Source: Candidatus Nomurabacteria bacterium RIFCSPLOWO2_01_FULL_41_18
GTDB taxonomy: Bacteria; Patescibacteriota; Minisyncoccia; Phycocordibacterales; UBA9973
Assembly: GCA_001785865.1 (NCBI GenBank)
Contig: MFUZ01000009.1
Coordinates: 15,309 to 79,308 of the forward strand
DNA length: 64,000 bases
Direction: 5' to 3'
In this document: one piece after another, positions 1 to 9,419 of the stretch
How positions within the stretch are numbered: the first letter of the stretch is position 1
Layout: each line of letters begins with the position of its first letter
The notes under the pieces: generated by a model
Seen by the model: only the letters and a program-made list of their open reading frames with translations
Told to the model about the DNA's origin: nothing
Databases searched by the model: none
Translations under genes and position numbers: made by a program

Positions 1-939
1 TTGGTGAATGCCCACAACATTGATGTCACCCCTCTTGATCCCAACAAGATCACTACTCTCAAGTTCCATTCATCCGCTTCGGGTGAATTTGAACCCTGCA
101 CAAAAACAGTTACATCGCATAATTGGCCATTGGACTTCTTTATGAACACAATTACAGGCAATGGTGTAACATCGGACTATGAAGGATTTGGGTTTGCATT
201 AAGTGAAGATGGCAACTGGCCCTATCCTCTTGTTCCTTATACGCCAGGAAATGATCCAGCTCAAATCTTGGGCACCCCCGACCCTACATGTGTCACGGAA
301 GTTCAGCTGACTCCTGCGACATGGAATAATACGTTGATTGATTTTACTCAATCGCCGACAGTCCAAAGCGATACCGGCACAATTCTAAAACGTTCTGACT
401 CCTCAATCAAACTGTCAAGTGGATCACCAGTGTGGCTCGCTACGCTTGTTTCCAGCACTAATCCATTAAATGTGATTTCCTTTGATACTGAATTCATCAG
501 TTTAAGTGGAGCTCAAGGATTATTGACGGTTGTCTGGGACGACCAAGTCATCGGTTCAATTGACGAACGTATTGTCAGTAATAATCATTACACGTTCAGG
601 TACCCAAATTCAATCGCGAACAGCAGTCATACTCTGGGACTCCGTCTCGATTCGTTCACGAATATTCAGTCAATCGTAGCGATTACAAACATTGTTCTTA
701 ATCAGGTTGGTGTTAGCCAGCCATTCTCGCTATCTATAGGAAGCGAGATAACAAATGGCGTGCGAATCTATCAGTTAACAGGAGAGGCGGGGTTTGAATA
801 TAACGTTCAGTCCTCTGTCAATCTCGTTGACTGGAATGACATCGCTGTCCTTAAAAACACGAACGGAGCTGTCCGATTCTTCGATCAAAGCTCAACGAAC
901 TACCCGATGAGATTCTACAGGGCAGTTGCACCGTATTAA
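1..939 (+). CDS. C-terminal part of a large secreted/surface protein (5' end probably outside window)
   Basis: Open frame from base 1; Ser/Thr-rich beta-type sequence; C-terminal YNVQSSVNLVDW...FFD...RFYRA motif. Confidence 0.75.
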   Translation: MVNAHNIDVTPLDPNKITTLKFHSSASGEFEPCTKTVTSHNWPLDFFMNTITGNGVTSDYEGFGFALSEDGNWPYPLVPYTPGNDPAQILGTPDPTCVTEVQLTPATWNNTLIDFTQSPTVQSDTGTILKRSDSSIKLSSGSPVWLATLVSSTNPLNVISFDTEFISLSGAQGLLTVVWDDQVIGSIDERIVSNNHYTFRYPNSIANSSHTLGLRLDSFTNIQSIVAITNIVLNQVGVSQPFSLSIGSEITNGVRIYQLTGEAGFEYNVQSSVNLVDWNDIAVLKNTNGAVRFFDQSSTNYPMRFYRAVAPY

Positions 940-960
940 GTAATTAGTTAGTCACAACAC

Positions 961-986
961 AGAGCTTGCTTCGGTAAGCTCTTTTT
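961..986 (+). terminator. Intrinsic terminator between convergent genes
   Basis: AGAGCTTGC-TTCG-GTAAGCTCT followed by T run. Confidence 0.75.
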
Positions 987-1284
987 ATTTACTATTTCTA
1001 AGTTTTATAAATTTTATAATCGAACCTACTAGAGAACCAAAAACAAACCACACGGCAGTTCCGGCTATTGTATATTCAATTACGGACAAGGAAATTATAT
1101 TTTTAAAAGACCAGAAAGGAATCCATGGAATAGCAAAAGGCAAACATTCAAATCCTAAGCCCGTATAGCCTGGTACCATAATTATATATTCACAAAAACT
1201 TGTTAGAAAAGTAGAAACAAGAGAAATTCCACCTCCGATCACCCCTCCTCGTAGCCAGTAAGGCATTTTTTTCCAAAAGCTCAT
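985..1284 (-). CDS. Small membrane protein
   Basis: Hydrophobic ORF; ATG 1284 lies 7 nt after TGcTAGAAT. Confidence 0.7.
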   Translation of the reverse strand: MSFWKKMPYWLRGGVIGGGISLVSTFLTSFCEYIIMVPGYTGLGFECLPFAIPWIPFWSFKNIISLSVIEYTIAGTAVWFVFGSLVGSIIKFIKLRNSK

Positions 1285-1353
1285 AAAGCTAATTCTAGCA
1301 TATGGAAAGCTAGGATTTTTCACAAGAATGTTTATAAATGCTACAATACCGCT

Positions 1354-1983
1354 ATGGTATTTAATTTTGATTTCGGGGACATAAAAGTTGTTTTAGGAAT
1401 AATTGCTGGGGTAATCGCCTTTTTAGCCTATATTGTTTATATTATTTCAATATTCAGGGGTGGTTCGAAACCCAACCGAGCGACGTGGTGGATTTGGTCT
1501 TTCATGGGTTTGGTAATCGGAATAAGTTATTATGCCTCCGGCGCTGTTAATACAATATGGGTCCCCTTTGTTGAATTTATCGGACCTTTTTCTATAGCAC
1601 TATTATCTATTAAATATGGAGAAGGAGGATTAAATAACAAAACTGATTTAATTTGTCTATTTGGCGCAATTTTTAGTATTATTCTATGGGTTATATTCAA
1701 TAATCCAGTAGTCGCCCTTGTAACTAATTTATTGATTGACTCTTTTGCAATAGTGCCCACTATTAAAAAATCATACTTGCGACCAGAAGGAGAAGACTTT
1801 TGGGCATGGTTCGGTACGGGAGTCGCAGATAGCTTGAATATGTTTGCTGTGGAAAGATTTACTTTCGCAATTTTATTATACCCTATATATATGCTTGTTT
1901 CTGATCTCATAATAATTTTTATACTTCTTTTAAGAAAGAAGGGTATAATGAAAGATATAAGTTTTCTTACGAAGCATAATTAA
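1354..1983 (+). CDS. Multi-pass membrane protein
   Basis: 209 aa, about 7 hydrophobic segments; TGcTACAAT 6 nt before ATG. Confidence 0.8.
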   Translation: MVFNFDFGDIKVVLGIIAGVIAFLAYIVYIISIFRGGSKPNRATWWIWSFMGLVIGISYYASGAVNTIWVPFVEFIGPFSIALLSIKYGEGGLNNKTDLICLFGAIFSIILWVIFNNPVVALVTNLLIDSFAIVPTIKKSYLRPEGEDFWAWFGTGVADSLNMFAVERFTFAILLYPIYMLVSDLIIIFILLLRKKGIMKDISFLTKHN

Positions 1984-1986
1984 ACC

Positions 1987-2529
1987 ATGAAAATCTACAT
2001 CGGGGAGAGTAAATTGCACGGGAAAGGAATTTTTGCAAAAAAAGATATAAAAAAAGGTGATATCGTTTTTATTATCAAAGGAGAGAAAGTTAATTTTTTA
2101 ATACACAACAAAAAGCAAGCAAAAATTGCTGGTTTTAACTGGATTGGAATAAGAAAAAATACTTGGATTAACCCTATAAACCACGGTTTGTACATAAATC
2201 ATTCCTGTGAACCAAATTGTGCCATTAAAGGAAGAGTTACGGCTGCAGCAATCCGTGATATTAAAAAAAATGAAGAAATAACTTTCGATTATTCATTGAA
2301 TGAGGCAGATATTTTTTGGTACATCAAATGCTATTGCGGTTCGAAAAATTGCAGAAAAACAATTAGGTCAATTCAGTTTTTGCATCCAAAAAAATTTTCC
2401 GGGCATGAATCACATATCCCAAAAGATTTTAGAAAAATTTACAAAAAGTTTAATGCATTTAAATTCAAAAATCAGAAAAAATTACAAACTGAATGGGTAA
2501 ATTTTATTAAAAAGGATTTTAATGTATAA
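1987..2529 (+). CDS. SET-domain protein (putative protein lysine methyltransferase) with post-SET zinc motif
   Basis: HGKGIFA, YINHSCEPN, EEITFDY and CYCGSKNCR motifs. Confidence 0.9.
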   Translation: MKIYIGESKLHGKGIFAKKDIKKGDIVFIIKGEKVNFLIHNKKQAKIAGFNWIGIRKNTWINPINHGLYINHSCEPNCAIKGRVTAAAIRDIKKNEEITFDYSLNEADIFWYIKCYCGSKNCRKTIRSIQFLHPKKFSGHESHIPKDFRKIYKKFNAFKFKNQKKLQTEWVNFIKKDFNV

Positions 2530-2536
2530 TAAATAC

Positions 2537-2689
2537 ATGGTAGATAAAAAATCAAAAATATTTTTCCTTATATTTATTTCACTTGCAATTGTGTCAATTA
2601 TAATTACTTATAACAAATATGTAATTAATAATGATTTCGAAGTATTCCAAGATGAGGAGGCATTTAACGAATCTTTATTAGAGGAATAA
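2537..2689 (+). CDS. 50-aa single-pass membrane protein, not in ORF track
   Basis: MVDKKSKIFFLIFISLAIVSIIITYNKYVINNDFEVFQDEEAFNESLLEE*; fills the gap between the SET gene and the kinase. Confidence 0.7.
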   Translation: MVDKKSKIFFLIFISLAIVSIIITYNKYVINNDFEVFQDEEAFNESLLEE

Positions 2690-2693
2690 TCAT

Positions 2694-4349
2694 ATGGATA
2701 TGATAACTCAAACATTTATAGAATTGTGCGAATGGGATTCATCAAGATTTTTGATTTTTTCTGACAATGTATTTGGAACTTTGATTTATTATTCGCATTT
2801 TCTTGCAATGATTTTGGCCTTGGTGGTTGGTTTCTTTGTATTTTCTCAAAATAAAAAAGGTTTAGTAAATAAATTATTATTTTTTATAATGCTTTTTTTC
2901 GCGACATGGACATTCCTCGACCTTGTCCTTTGGGCAAATGAAAGGCCTGATTTTATAATGTTTTTTTGGTCGTTAATTCTTTTAGTGGAACCCCTTGTGT
3001 ATGCTCTATGTGTGTACTTTATTTATGTTTTCATTGAAAAAAAGGATATAAGCTTTAAAAAAAAGATTGGAATATTTTCGTTGTTATTACCAATCATAGT
3101 TTTATTACCAACACAGCTTGCACTTGTTTCATTCGATCTATCAAACTGTTTTAGAGAACCAATTGAAGGACCCATAGCTACATATTATATATATATAACA
3201 GAAACCATATATTTATTCTGGATACTCCTATACGCTTTTAAGGCGTACTACAAAGCCACCGAAATAATGCGAAAGCAAATCATTCTTGTTACTTTTGGTA
3301 TAATACTTTTTCTTTTAAGCTTTGTTTCAGGAAATATAATCGGAAGTATAACTGAGGATTGGACTCTTGCACAAATCGGTCTTTTCTGTATGCCTCTGTT
3401 TGCACTATTTTTAGGGTACATGATTGTAAAGTTTAAAACATTTAATGCAAAATTGATTGGGACACAAGCTCTTGTTGCTGCTCTTGGATTTTCAGTCCTA
3501 GGAATTATTTTCATTCGAAGTATAGACAATGTTAGAGCAGTTGCAATAGCAACACTTCTACTTATTATAATTATGGGTGACCTCTTGATAAGAAGTGTTA
3601 AAAGAGAAATAAAGCAGAAAGAAGAGCTAGCCAAACTTAATGTTGAACTTGAAAAATTGATCAAACAACGTGAAAGCTTGATGCATCTCATCAACCACAA
3701 AGTGAAAGGTTCGTTTACTCATTCCAAATATGTCTTTGCGGGCATATTGGATGGAACTTTTGGAGACATAAATGAAGAAGTCAGGAGGAGATCCGAACAG
3801 GGCCTCGAGGCAAACGACAACGGCATCAAGACCATTGATCTGATTTTGAACGCTGCGAACTTGCAACAAGGTCTCATCAAATACGAAATGAAAAAGGTAG
3901 ACTTTAAAGATGTAGTCTCAAAATCATTCTCTGAAAAAAAGATCCCCGCGGAAAAGAAGGGCCTGAAAATAGAAAAGGAAGTTGGGGAAAGTGATTATAC
4001 CGTACCAGGAGATGCTTTCTGGCTACAAGAAGCGGTAAATAATCTTATCGACAATTCCGTCAAATACACCAAGGAAGGAGGGATATTCATCTCGCTCAAG
4101 CGGAATGCTGGAAAAATATTGCTGTCAGTCAGAGATACCGGCATGGGCATCACCCCGGAAGACAAGAAGAACTTGTTTACCGAAGGCGGCCGCGGCAAGG
4201 ACTCGATCAGGGTAAACGTGGACTCGACCGGCTATGGCCTCTATTCGGTCAAACTCATCATCGAAGCGCATAAGGGCAAAGTCTGGGTAGAATCTGAAGG
4301 CGAAGGCAAGGGCTCCACTTTCTATATCGAATTGCCAGCGGTAGAATAA
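2694..4349 (+). CDS. Membrane sensor histidine kinase (multi-TM N-terminus plus HATPase_c)
   Basis: NLIDNSVKY N-box, DTGMG G1, GYGL G2; atypical H-box INHKVKG. Confidence 0.9.
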   Translation: MDMITQTFIELCEWDSSRFLIFSDNVFGTLIYYSHFLAMILALVVGFFVFSQNKKGLVNKLLFFIMLFFATWTFLDLVLWANERPDFIMFFWSLILLVEPLVYALCVYFIYVFIEKKDISFKKKIGIFSLLLPIIVLLPTQLALVSFDLSNCFREPIEGPIATYYIYITETIYLFWILLYAFKAYYKATEIMRKQIILVTFGIILFLLSFVSGNIIGSITEDWTLAQIGLFCMPLFALFLGYMIVKFKTFNAKLIGTQALVAALGFSVLGIIFIRSIDNVRAVAIATLLLIIIMGDLLIRSVKREIKQKEELAKLNVELEKLIKQRESLMHLINHKVKGSFTHSKYVFAGILDGTFGDINEEVRRRSEQGLEANDNGIKTIDLILNAANLQQGLIKYEMKKVDFKDVVSKSFSEKKIPAEKKGLKIEKEVGESDYTVPGDAFWLQEAVNNLIDNSVKYTKEGGIFISLKRNAGKILLSVRDTGMGITPEDKKNLFTEGGRGKDSIRVNVDSTGYGLYSVKLIIEAHKGKVWVESEGEGKGSTFYIELPAVE

Positions 4350-4404
4350 AGAACAACCAAACTCGTTGCAGGTCATTCGACTCTGAGAGTCTCAGACTCG
4401 ATGA

Positions 4405-4495
4405 GCGCACTTTTTGAGAGGCCTTTCGCAGCGCGACGGCGCGAGAAGTTCGCTCCGCGAGCACGCGGAGATAGATTGCCTATCAAAAAGTGTGC
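4405..4495. repeat. Long-stem element with two-hairpin core (same core as pcrA insert)
   Basis: Arms GCGCACTTTTTGAGAGGC / GCCTATCAAAAAGTGTGC enclose CTTTCGCAG..CGACGG..CGAGA..CGCTC..AGCA..GAGA. Confidence 0.75.
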
Positions 4496-4560
4496 CAAGA
4501 AAGAGTTTGGTTACATTTGCAATAATAAAATTAGTTTGCTATTCTTTATTTACAAGTAAA

Positions 4561-4712
4561 TATATCAAGAGTGGCGACGATCCTCCTTCGTAAAACTACG
4601 GACGGAGAGCGAGAATTGGCTTGATGACTCGCCCGGCAACCTAGCTATACGTTTTAGGCAAAGGTGCTAAATCCAACCAAATGCTGATAAGACAGCATGA
4701 GGAGAGATAAGT
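4561..4712 (+). ncRNA. SAM-I (S-box) riboswitch with hairpin insert in P2
   Basis: ATCAAGAG...TTGATGA...CGGCAACC...AAGGTGCTAAATCC...GAGATAAG directly upstream of metK. Confidence 0.85.
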
Positions 4713-4737
4713 ATGCCTAGTCGACATAAAATTCTTT

Positions 4738-4761
4738 CCTCATTAGTTTGAGGATTTTTTT
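4738..4761 (+). terminator. Probable riboswitch expression-platform terminator
   Basis: TCCTCA-ttagtt-TGAGGA-TTTTTT just before the metK ATG. Confidence 0.55.
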
Positions 4762-4777
4762 ATTCAAAAAATTATTT

Positions 4778-5890
4778 ATGTTTTACAAGCACAATGGCAG
4801 TTATACAGTCGAGAGCGTTACTTCTGGGCATCCGGACAAAGTCTGCGACCAGATTTCCGACTCAATTTTAGACGCTTACTTGAAAGCCGACCCCAAAAGC
4901 CGGGTCGCAGTCGAAACTTTTGGCGGGCATGGCAAGCTAGTGATCGGCGGAGAAGTAACTTCCAAAGGAAAAGTGGATTACGCCAAAATAGCGCAGGATG
5001 TCTATAAGAAAATCGGCTATAACAACAAGCTCGATATCTCCGCGCGTATCGTCACTCAGTCCCCTGACATAGCGATGGGGGTGGACACCGGCGGGGCGGG
5101 AGATCAAGGCATAATGTATGGCTACGCCACCAATGAAACTCCGGAATTTCTGCCGAAAGGGGTAGTCCTAGCGCACAAGCTCGCAAGCCGCCTCGAAGAG
5201 ATGCGAAAAAGAGGCAAAATAAAATGGCTCAAGCCGGACGGCAAGACGCAAGTCACTTACAGAGACGGCAAGCTTCACACTGTCCTCGTGAGCACCCAGC
5301 ACGCCAAAAATGTGAGCCAGGAAGAAATCAAAAAAGAGATCACTAAAAAAATAATCCACCCTCTCCTCACTCCTCTCGAAAGAAAAACAGCGAAAATATT
5401 GGTAAACCCGACTGGACACTTCGTCTCCGGAGGATTCGAAGCGGACACCGGTCTCACTGGGCGCAAACTGATGGTGGACACTTATGGAGGCCTAGTCCCC
5501 CATGGCGGAGGCTGTTTCTCCGGCAAAGATGCCACCAAGGTAGACCGCTCCGGCGCCTATATGTGCCGATATGCGGCCAAAAGCTTGGTCGCCGGCGGTT
5601 ATGGCAAAGAAGTATTGGTATCGGTCGCCTATGCGATCGGGGTAGCGGAACCGCTCATGGTAGAAGCTATCAACGAAAAAGGAGAAGATTTGTCGCAAAT
5701 CGTCCGCGAAAATTTTGATTTTCGTCCGCTCGCCATCATTGAGAGCCTCGGTTTGCGCAATCCCATCTTTAAGGGAACTGCTGCATACGGGCATTTCGGC
5801 AAGGGAAACCTGCCTTGGGAAAAGATCAAAAAAATAAATAAAAAACACCAGAATCCTAATGTTTTTTACGAGCTTAGCAAGCAATTATAA
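4778..5890 (+). CDS. metK: S-adenosylmethionine synthetase
   Basis: ESVTSGHPDK, GAGDQG, GGGCFSGKD motifs; ATG 4778 preferred to TTG 4748. Confidence 0.97.
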   Translation: MFYKHNGSYTVESVTSGHPDKVCDQISDSILDAYLKADPKSRVAVETFGGHGKLVIGGEVTSKGKVDYAKIAQDVYKKIGYNNKLDISARIVTQSPDIAMGVDTGGAGDQGIMYGYATNETPEFLPKGVVLAHKLASRLEEMRKRGKIKWLKPDGKTQVTYRDGKLHTVLVSTQHAKNVSQEEIKKEITKKIIHPLLTPLERKTAKILVNPTGHFVSGGFEADTGLTGRKLMVDTYGGLVPHGGGCFSGKDATKVDRSGAYMCRYAAKSLVAGGYGKEVLVSVAYAIGVAEPLMVEAINEKGEDLSQIVRENFDFRPLAIIESLGLRNPIFKGTAAYGHFGKGNLPWEKIKKINKKHQNPNVFYELSKQL

Positions 5891-6022
5891 TTTTATAACC
5901 AAGAGTACGCCGATTACGATTGCTGCGACTGCGCTGATGACCCGGGAATACTTGAACGGATAAAAATGGCTGATGCCAAACACAAGAAAGAAAACGACTT
6001 GCGCTAGAGTTAGTACTGACAT
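5885..6022 (-). CDS. 45-aa two-helix membrane protein, not in ORF track
   Basis: MSVLTLAQVVFFLVFGISHFYPFKYSRVISAVAAIVIGVLLVIKL*. Confidence 0.6.
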   Translation of the reverse strand: MSVLTLAQVVFFLVFGISHFYPFKYSRVISAVAAIVIGVLLVIKL

Positions 6023-6093
6023 AAAAAAATGGTAAAAGAAATTAATAAGCGACCTGTGTTTATTGTAACACGTTTACAACCCAAATAGCACCA

Positions 6094-7008
6094 TTATTTC
6101 TTGATCTGGCCTGCAGCCAGGCGAGTCATTATTTCCCGCACAGCCTTTTCAGTGTTGGTGATAATGACAGAATTATCATCTGCAAAGACGTACATTAGAG
6201 CTATCTTCCTGTCCTCTATGCTGTCTTTTTCATATAAAATGCGCGCATTTTTGTTACCCACAATACCGTCCTCAAAATCAGCAGTGAGAAGATAATTATT
6301 TTCAGTCGTTACCGTTTGGCCCAAAAATTTGTATAAGTCGAGAAACATCTTGTCTTCCCAGAGGCGGAGCGTATCAAAGACATCTGCGATGGAACGGACT
6401 TTAAGCAAAATAAAAAAGTCGTCTGTTTGATTTTTTACTGCCCCCATCAGGAAACTATCGCTCACAAAGCTGACGGTTCCGGAACCATCCGTGAGGGGCT
6501 GATCCGGCTTCGGCTCGAAATTTGCTTTGATAAGGGTGAAGAATTCCCGGAGCCCTATGATCTTGTTCTTGTCGTAAGTAAGATAAATGCCTTCCACGCC
6601 TCCGTTTTTGACTTCTGTTGCATTGACGGCGTTCACTACCGCCTGCATTATTTTTTCTTTTTTGAGATCTTTCACCTCGATAAAAGTGCTCTGGTCAAGG
6701 AAGATAATAGGCGAAAACTGCTGCCCTACCGGCACAGTCGGAACTTTAGTCTTGGAAAAGAAGTACACCAGAGTCACAACACCGAGTATTATGAACAATC
6801 CGCCCACCATCATAAAGAATTGGTTCTTTTTTGATTCTGGAGAGAGATTCCTCTTTTCTTTTTCATGCTGTTCTTCTCCATGGATTATTTTTTTTACGAG
6901 GCCAGTCTTGTCATCTTCAATCACCTTCACCATGTCATCGGCGTAAGTTTGAACGATCTTGTTGCCAATTTCGGCCCCTTGGAGATTATTTTTATTTTCT
7001 TTTTCCAT
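6094..7008 (-). CDS. Membrane-anchored hypothetical protein
   Basis: 304 aa, one TM segment near residue 70. Confidence 0.8.
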   Translation of the reverse strand: MEKENKNNLQGAEIGNKIVQTYADDMVKVIEDDKTGLVKKIIHGEEQHEKEKRNLSPESKKNQFFMMVGGLFIILGVVTLVYFFSKTKVPTVPVGQQFSPIIFLDQSTFIEVKDLKKEKIMQAVVNAVNATEVKNGGVEGIYLTYDKNKIIGLREFFTLIKANFEPKPDQPLTDGSGTVSFVSDSFLMGAVKNQTDDFFILLKVRSIADVFDTLRLWEDKMFLDLYKFLGQTVTTENNYLLTADFEDGIVGNKNARILYEKDSIEDRKIALMYVFADDNSVIITNTEKAVREIMTRLAAGQIKK

Positions 7009-7030
7009 ATATTTGCTTAAACAAACAAGT

Positions 7031-9196
7031 TTAAGGCTTCTTAAAGAAATCTTTATCTGCTTCCTTGATAGACAGGCCGATCCTGCCTTTTTCTCTGTCG
7101 ATAGAAATGACCTTGACCGGCACGATCATCCCTTCCTTTATTATATCGCTAACTCGTTCCACGCGAAATGGCGCCAATTCTGAGATGTGAACCATGCCGT
7201 CGGTAAATGCATTCAGCCCCACAAAAGCCCCGAAGTCGGCTATTTTTACGACTTCACCTTTCAATATTTCGCCTACGGTAAATTCATGGGTCATGTCGAG
7301 AACTATGGTCTTCGCTTTCTCTGCGCTATCCCCTTTACCGGTAAAATAAACCGTGCCATCGTCCTCGATAGTTATTTCCGCTCCGGTCTTTTCCTTGATC
7401 TCTTTAATAGTTTTTCCTCCCCCGCCGATCACCATACCAATCATCTCCGGATTGATCTTGATGATCAATATTTTCGGCGCGCTCGGCGATATATCGGGGC
7501 GAGGGGCGCTTATCTCTTTTTCAATCACATCCAAGATCGCCATGCGGGCACTCTTTGCTTGCTCCATGGCTTCACTCAATATTTTTATCGGCACTCCTTC
7601 CACTTTCACATCTAGTTGTATTGCCGTGACTCCAGTCCTCGTACCGGCCACTTTGAAATCCATGTCACCATGATGATCTTCGGGGCCTTGGATATCAGTC
7701 AAAATTTTGTACTCAAAATTTTGACCCTGAGCGGAGCCGAAGGGTAATCCCTCGACAGAAACTCGGGACTTTGCTTCGCGCAGCATCAGCCCCATCGCGA
7801 TGCCGGCGACAGGCGCCTTGATCGGCACTCCGCCGTCCATGAGAGCAAGTGAGGAAGCACAGATCGAAGCTTGAGAAGTCGAACCGTTCGAAGCCATTGA
7901 TTCCGAGACCAAACGCATCGTGTAGGGAAAATCCGCCACAGCAGGCAATACCATGGCGAGAGCTTTTTCAGCGAGTGCTCCATGGCCGACTTCGCGACGG
8001 TTGGTAAACCCTGCCCTTCCTGTTTCGCCGGCAGAGTACGGAGGAAAGTTGTAATGATGCATAAATCTTTTTTCAACTTTGAGCTGAAGACCATCCACTA
8101 GATTCCTGTCTTCTGGTCCGCCCAAAGTGAGCACCGAAAGAACATGCGTGCCTCCGCGATAAAAGATCCCCGAGCCATGCAGTATCGTCGAGAGCCCTCC
8201 AGCTTGCGCAAAAAGATCTCGAACTTCATCCATTTTTCTGCCATCAGCACGTTTATTTTCTTCAATTGCTTTTTTGTGGAGAATGTCGTTTTCTGTATCG
8301 TCAAATAAATTATCTTCTAGACTGAAATCTTCTCTGTCTGTATACTTTTCGGCCACCATCTTGTTCCAAACGTTGTGGAGCGCATCTATTTTGGCTTTGC
8401 CTGCTCCGGAAAAGATAGCTTCCTCCATTTTTGGTAATATTTCCGCGTTGAATAATTTTACTGACTCGGGGTCGATCGTCTCTTTTGGGATGACTCTCTT
8501 TTCTTTCCCGATTTCAGCCACGATGCTCTTCTGAAAATTTTCCAATTTAGTGATCTCCTCGCTCGCTTTAAGCAGAGCTTCGGTGAGCTCCGCTTCTGCC
8601 GTCTGGTGGGCGGATGCCTCAATCATATTGATATGGGTATTTCTCCCGCACACCGTGAGATCAAACTGATATTTCGTATCATCTTGGCGCAAACTCTGGG
8701 AAGGATTTATTTTCAAGCTCTCATCATCGTACTTTCCGATACGTACACAACCGATAGGCCCGTTCCACGGGATATTCGACACTGCAAGCGCGAGCGAAGC
8801 GGCATTCACCGCTAGAATAGTCGGGTCGTTATCGTCGACAGAGATCACCGTCACTATCACCTGCACCGCATGCCGGATAGACTGGTCAAACAGCGGTCGC
8901 AAAGTCCGGTCGATGACTCGGCTCGCGAGGATGGCATCTTCGGATGGCTTGCCTTCTCTCCTTACAAAACGTGAACCTAAAATTTTTCCGGCCGCATAAA
9001 ACTTTTCTGCATAATCCACCGTCAGATTGAAATAGCCCAGACCCTTTTGGCTGTCGTGCGACATACAGACAGTGGCGAGGACTATCGTCTCGCCGTATTT
9101 GAGCATCACTGATCCGTGAGCTTGTTCCGCTAAATCGGTAAAAACAGCTGTCATTTTTTTACCTCCGATCTCCACACTATATTCTTTTTTTTGCAT
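7031..9196 (-). CDS. pnp: Polyribonucleotide nucleotidyltransferase
   Basis: Two RNase PH domains (RREVGHG, DMDFKVAG), KH and S1. Confidence 0.98.
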   Translation of the reverse strand: MQKKEYSVEIGGKKMTAVFTDLAEQAHGSVMLKYGETIVLATVCMSHDSQKGLGYFNLTVDYAEKFYAAGKILGSRFVRREGKPSEDAILASRVIDRTLRPLFDQSIRHAVQVIVTVISVDDNDPTILAVNAASLALAVSNIPWNGPIGCVRIGKYDDESLKINPSQSLRQDDTKYQFDLTVCGRNTHINMIEASAHQTAEAELTEALLKASEEITKLENFQKSIVAEIGKEKRVIPKETIDPESVKLFNAEILPKMEEAIFSGAGKAKIDALHNVWNKMVAEKYTDREDFSLEDNLFDDTENDILHKKAIEENKRADGRKMDEVRDLFAQAGGLSTILHGSGIFYRGGTHVLSVLTLGGPEDRNLVDGLQLKVEKRFMHHYNFPPYSAGETGRAGFTNRREVGHGALAEKALAMVLPAVADFPYTMRLVSESMASNGSTSQASICASSLALMDGGVPIKAPVAGIAMGLMLREAKSRVSVEGLPFGSAQGQNFEYKILTDIQGPEDHHGDMDFKVAGTRTGVTAIQLDVKVEGVPIKILSEAMEQAKSARMAILDVIEKEISAPRPDISPSAPKILIIKINPEMIGMVIGGGGKTIKEIKEKTGAEITIEDDGTVYFTGKGDSAEKAKTIVLDMTHEFTVGEILKGEVVKIADFGAFVGLNAFTDGMVHISELAPFRVERVSDIIKEGMIVPVKVISIDREKGRIGLSIKEADKDFFKKP

Positions 9197-9419
9197 ATGA
9201 TTCCCGCTCTAGACGGGCGATCCGCCAAAGGCGGACAGGGTTCGTGTCCAGACTACAGTGTTGTTTCATTTTTATTTTCCGTTTTATGGGCGGATTGAAA
9301 CACTACTTTGTGTCTAGACGCGAACTGATTAACTAATAAAGTCTAATGAACTATTGATTATATTAGCATTTTGAGGTAAAAAAGCAACGGATCTTATATT
9401 ACACTAAATGTTTCAACAG

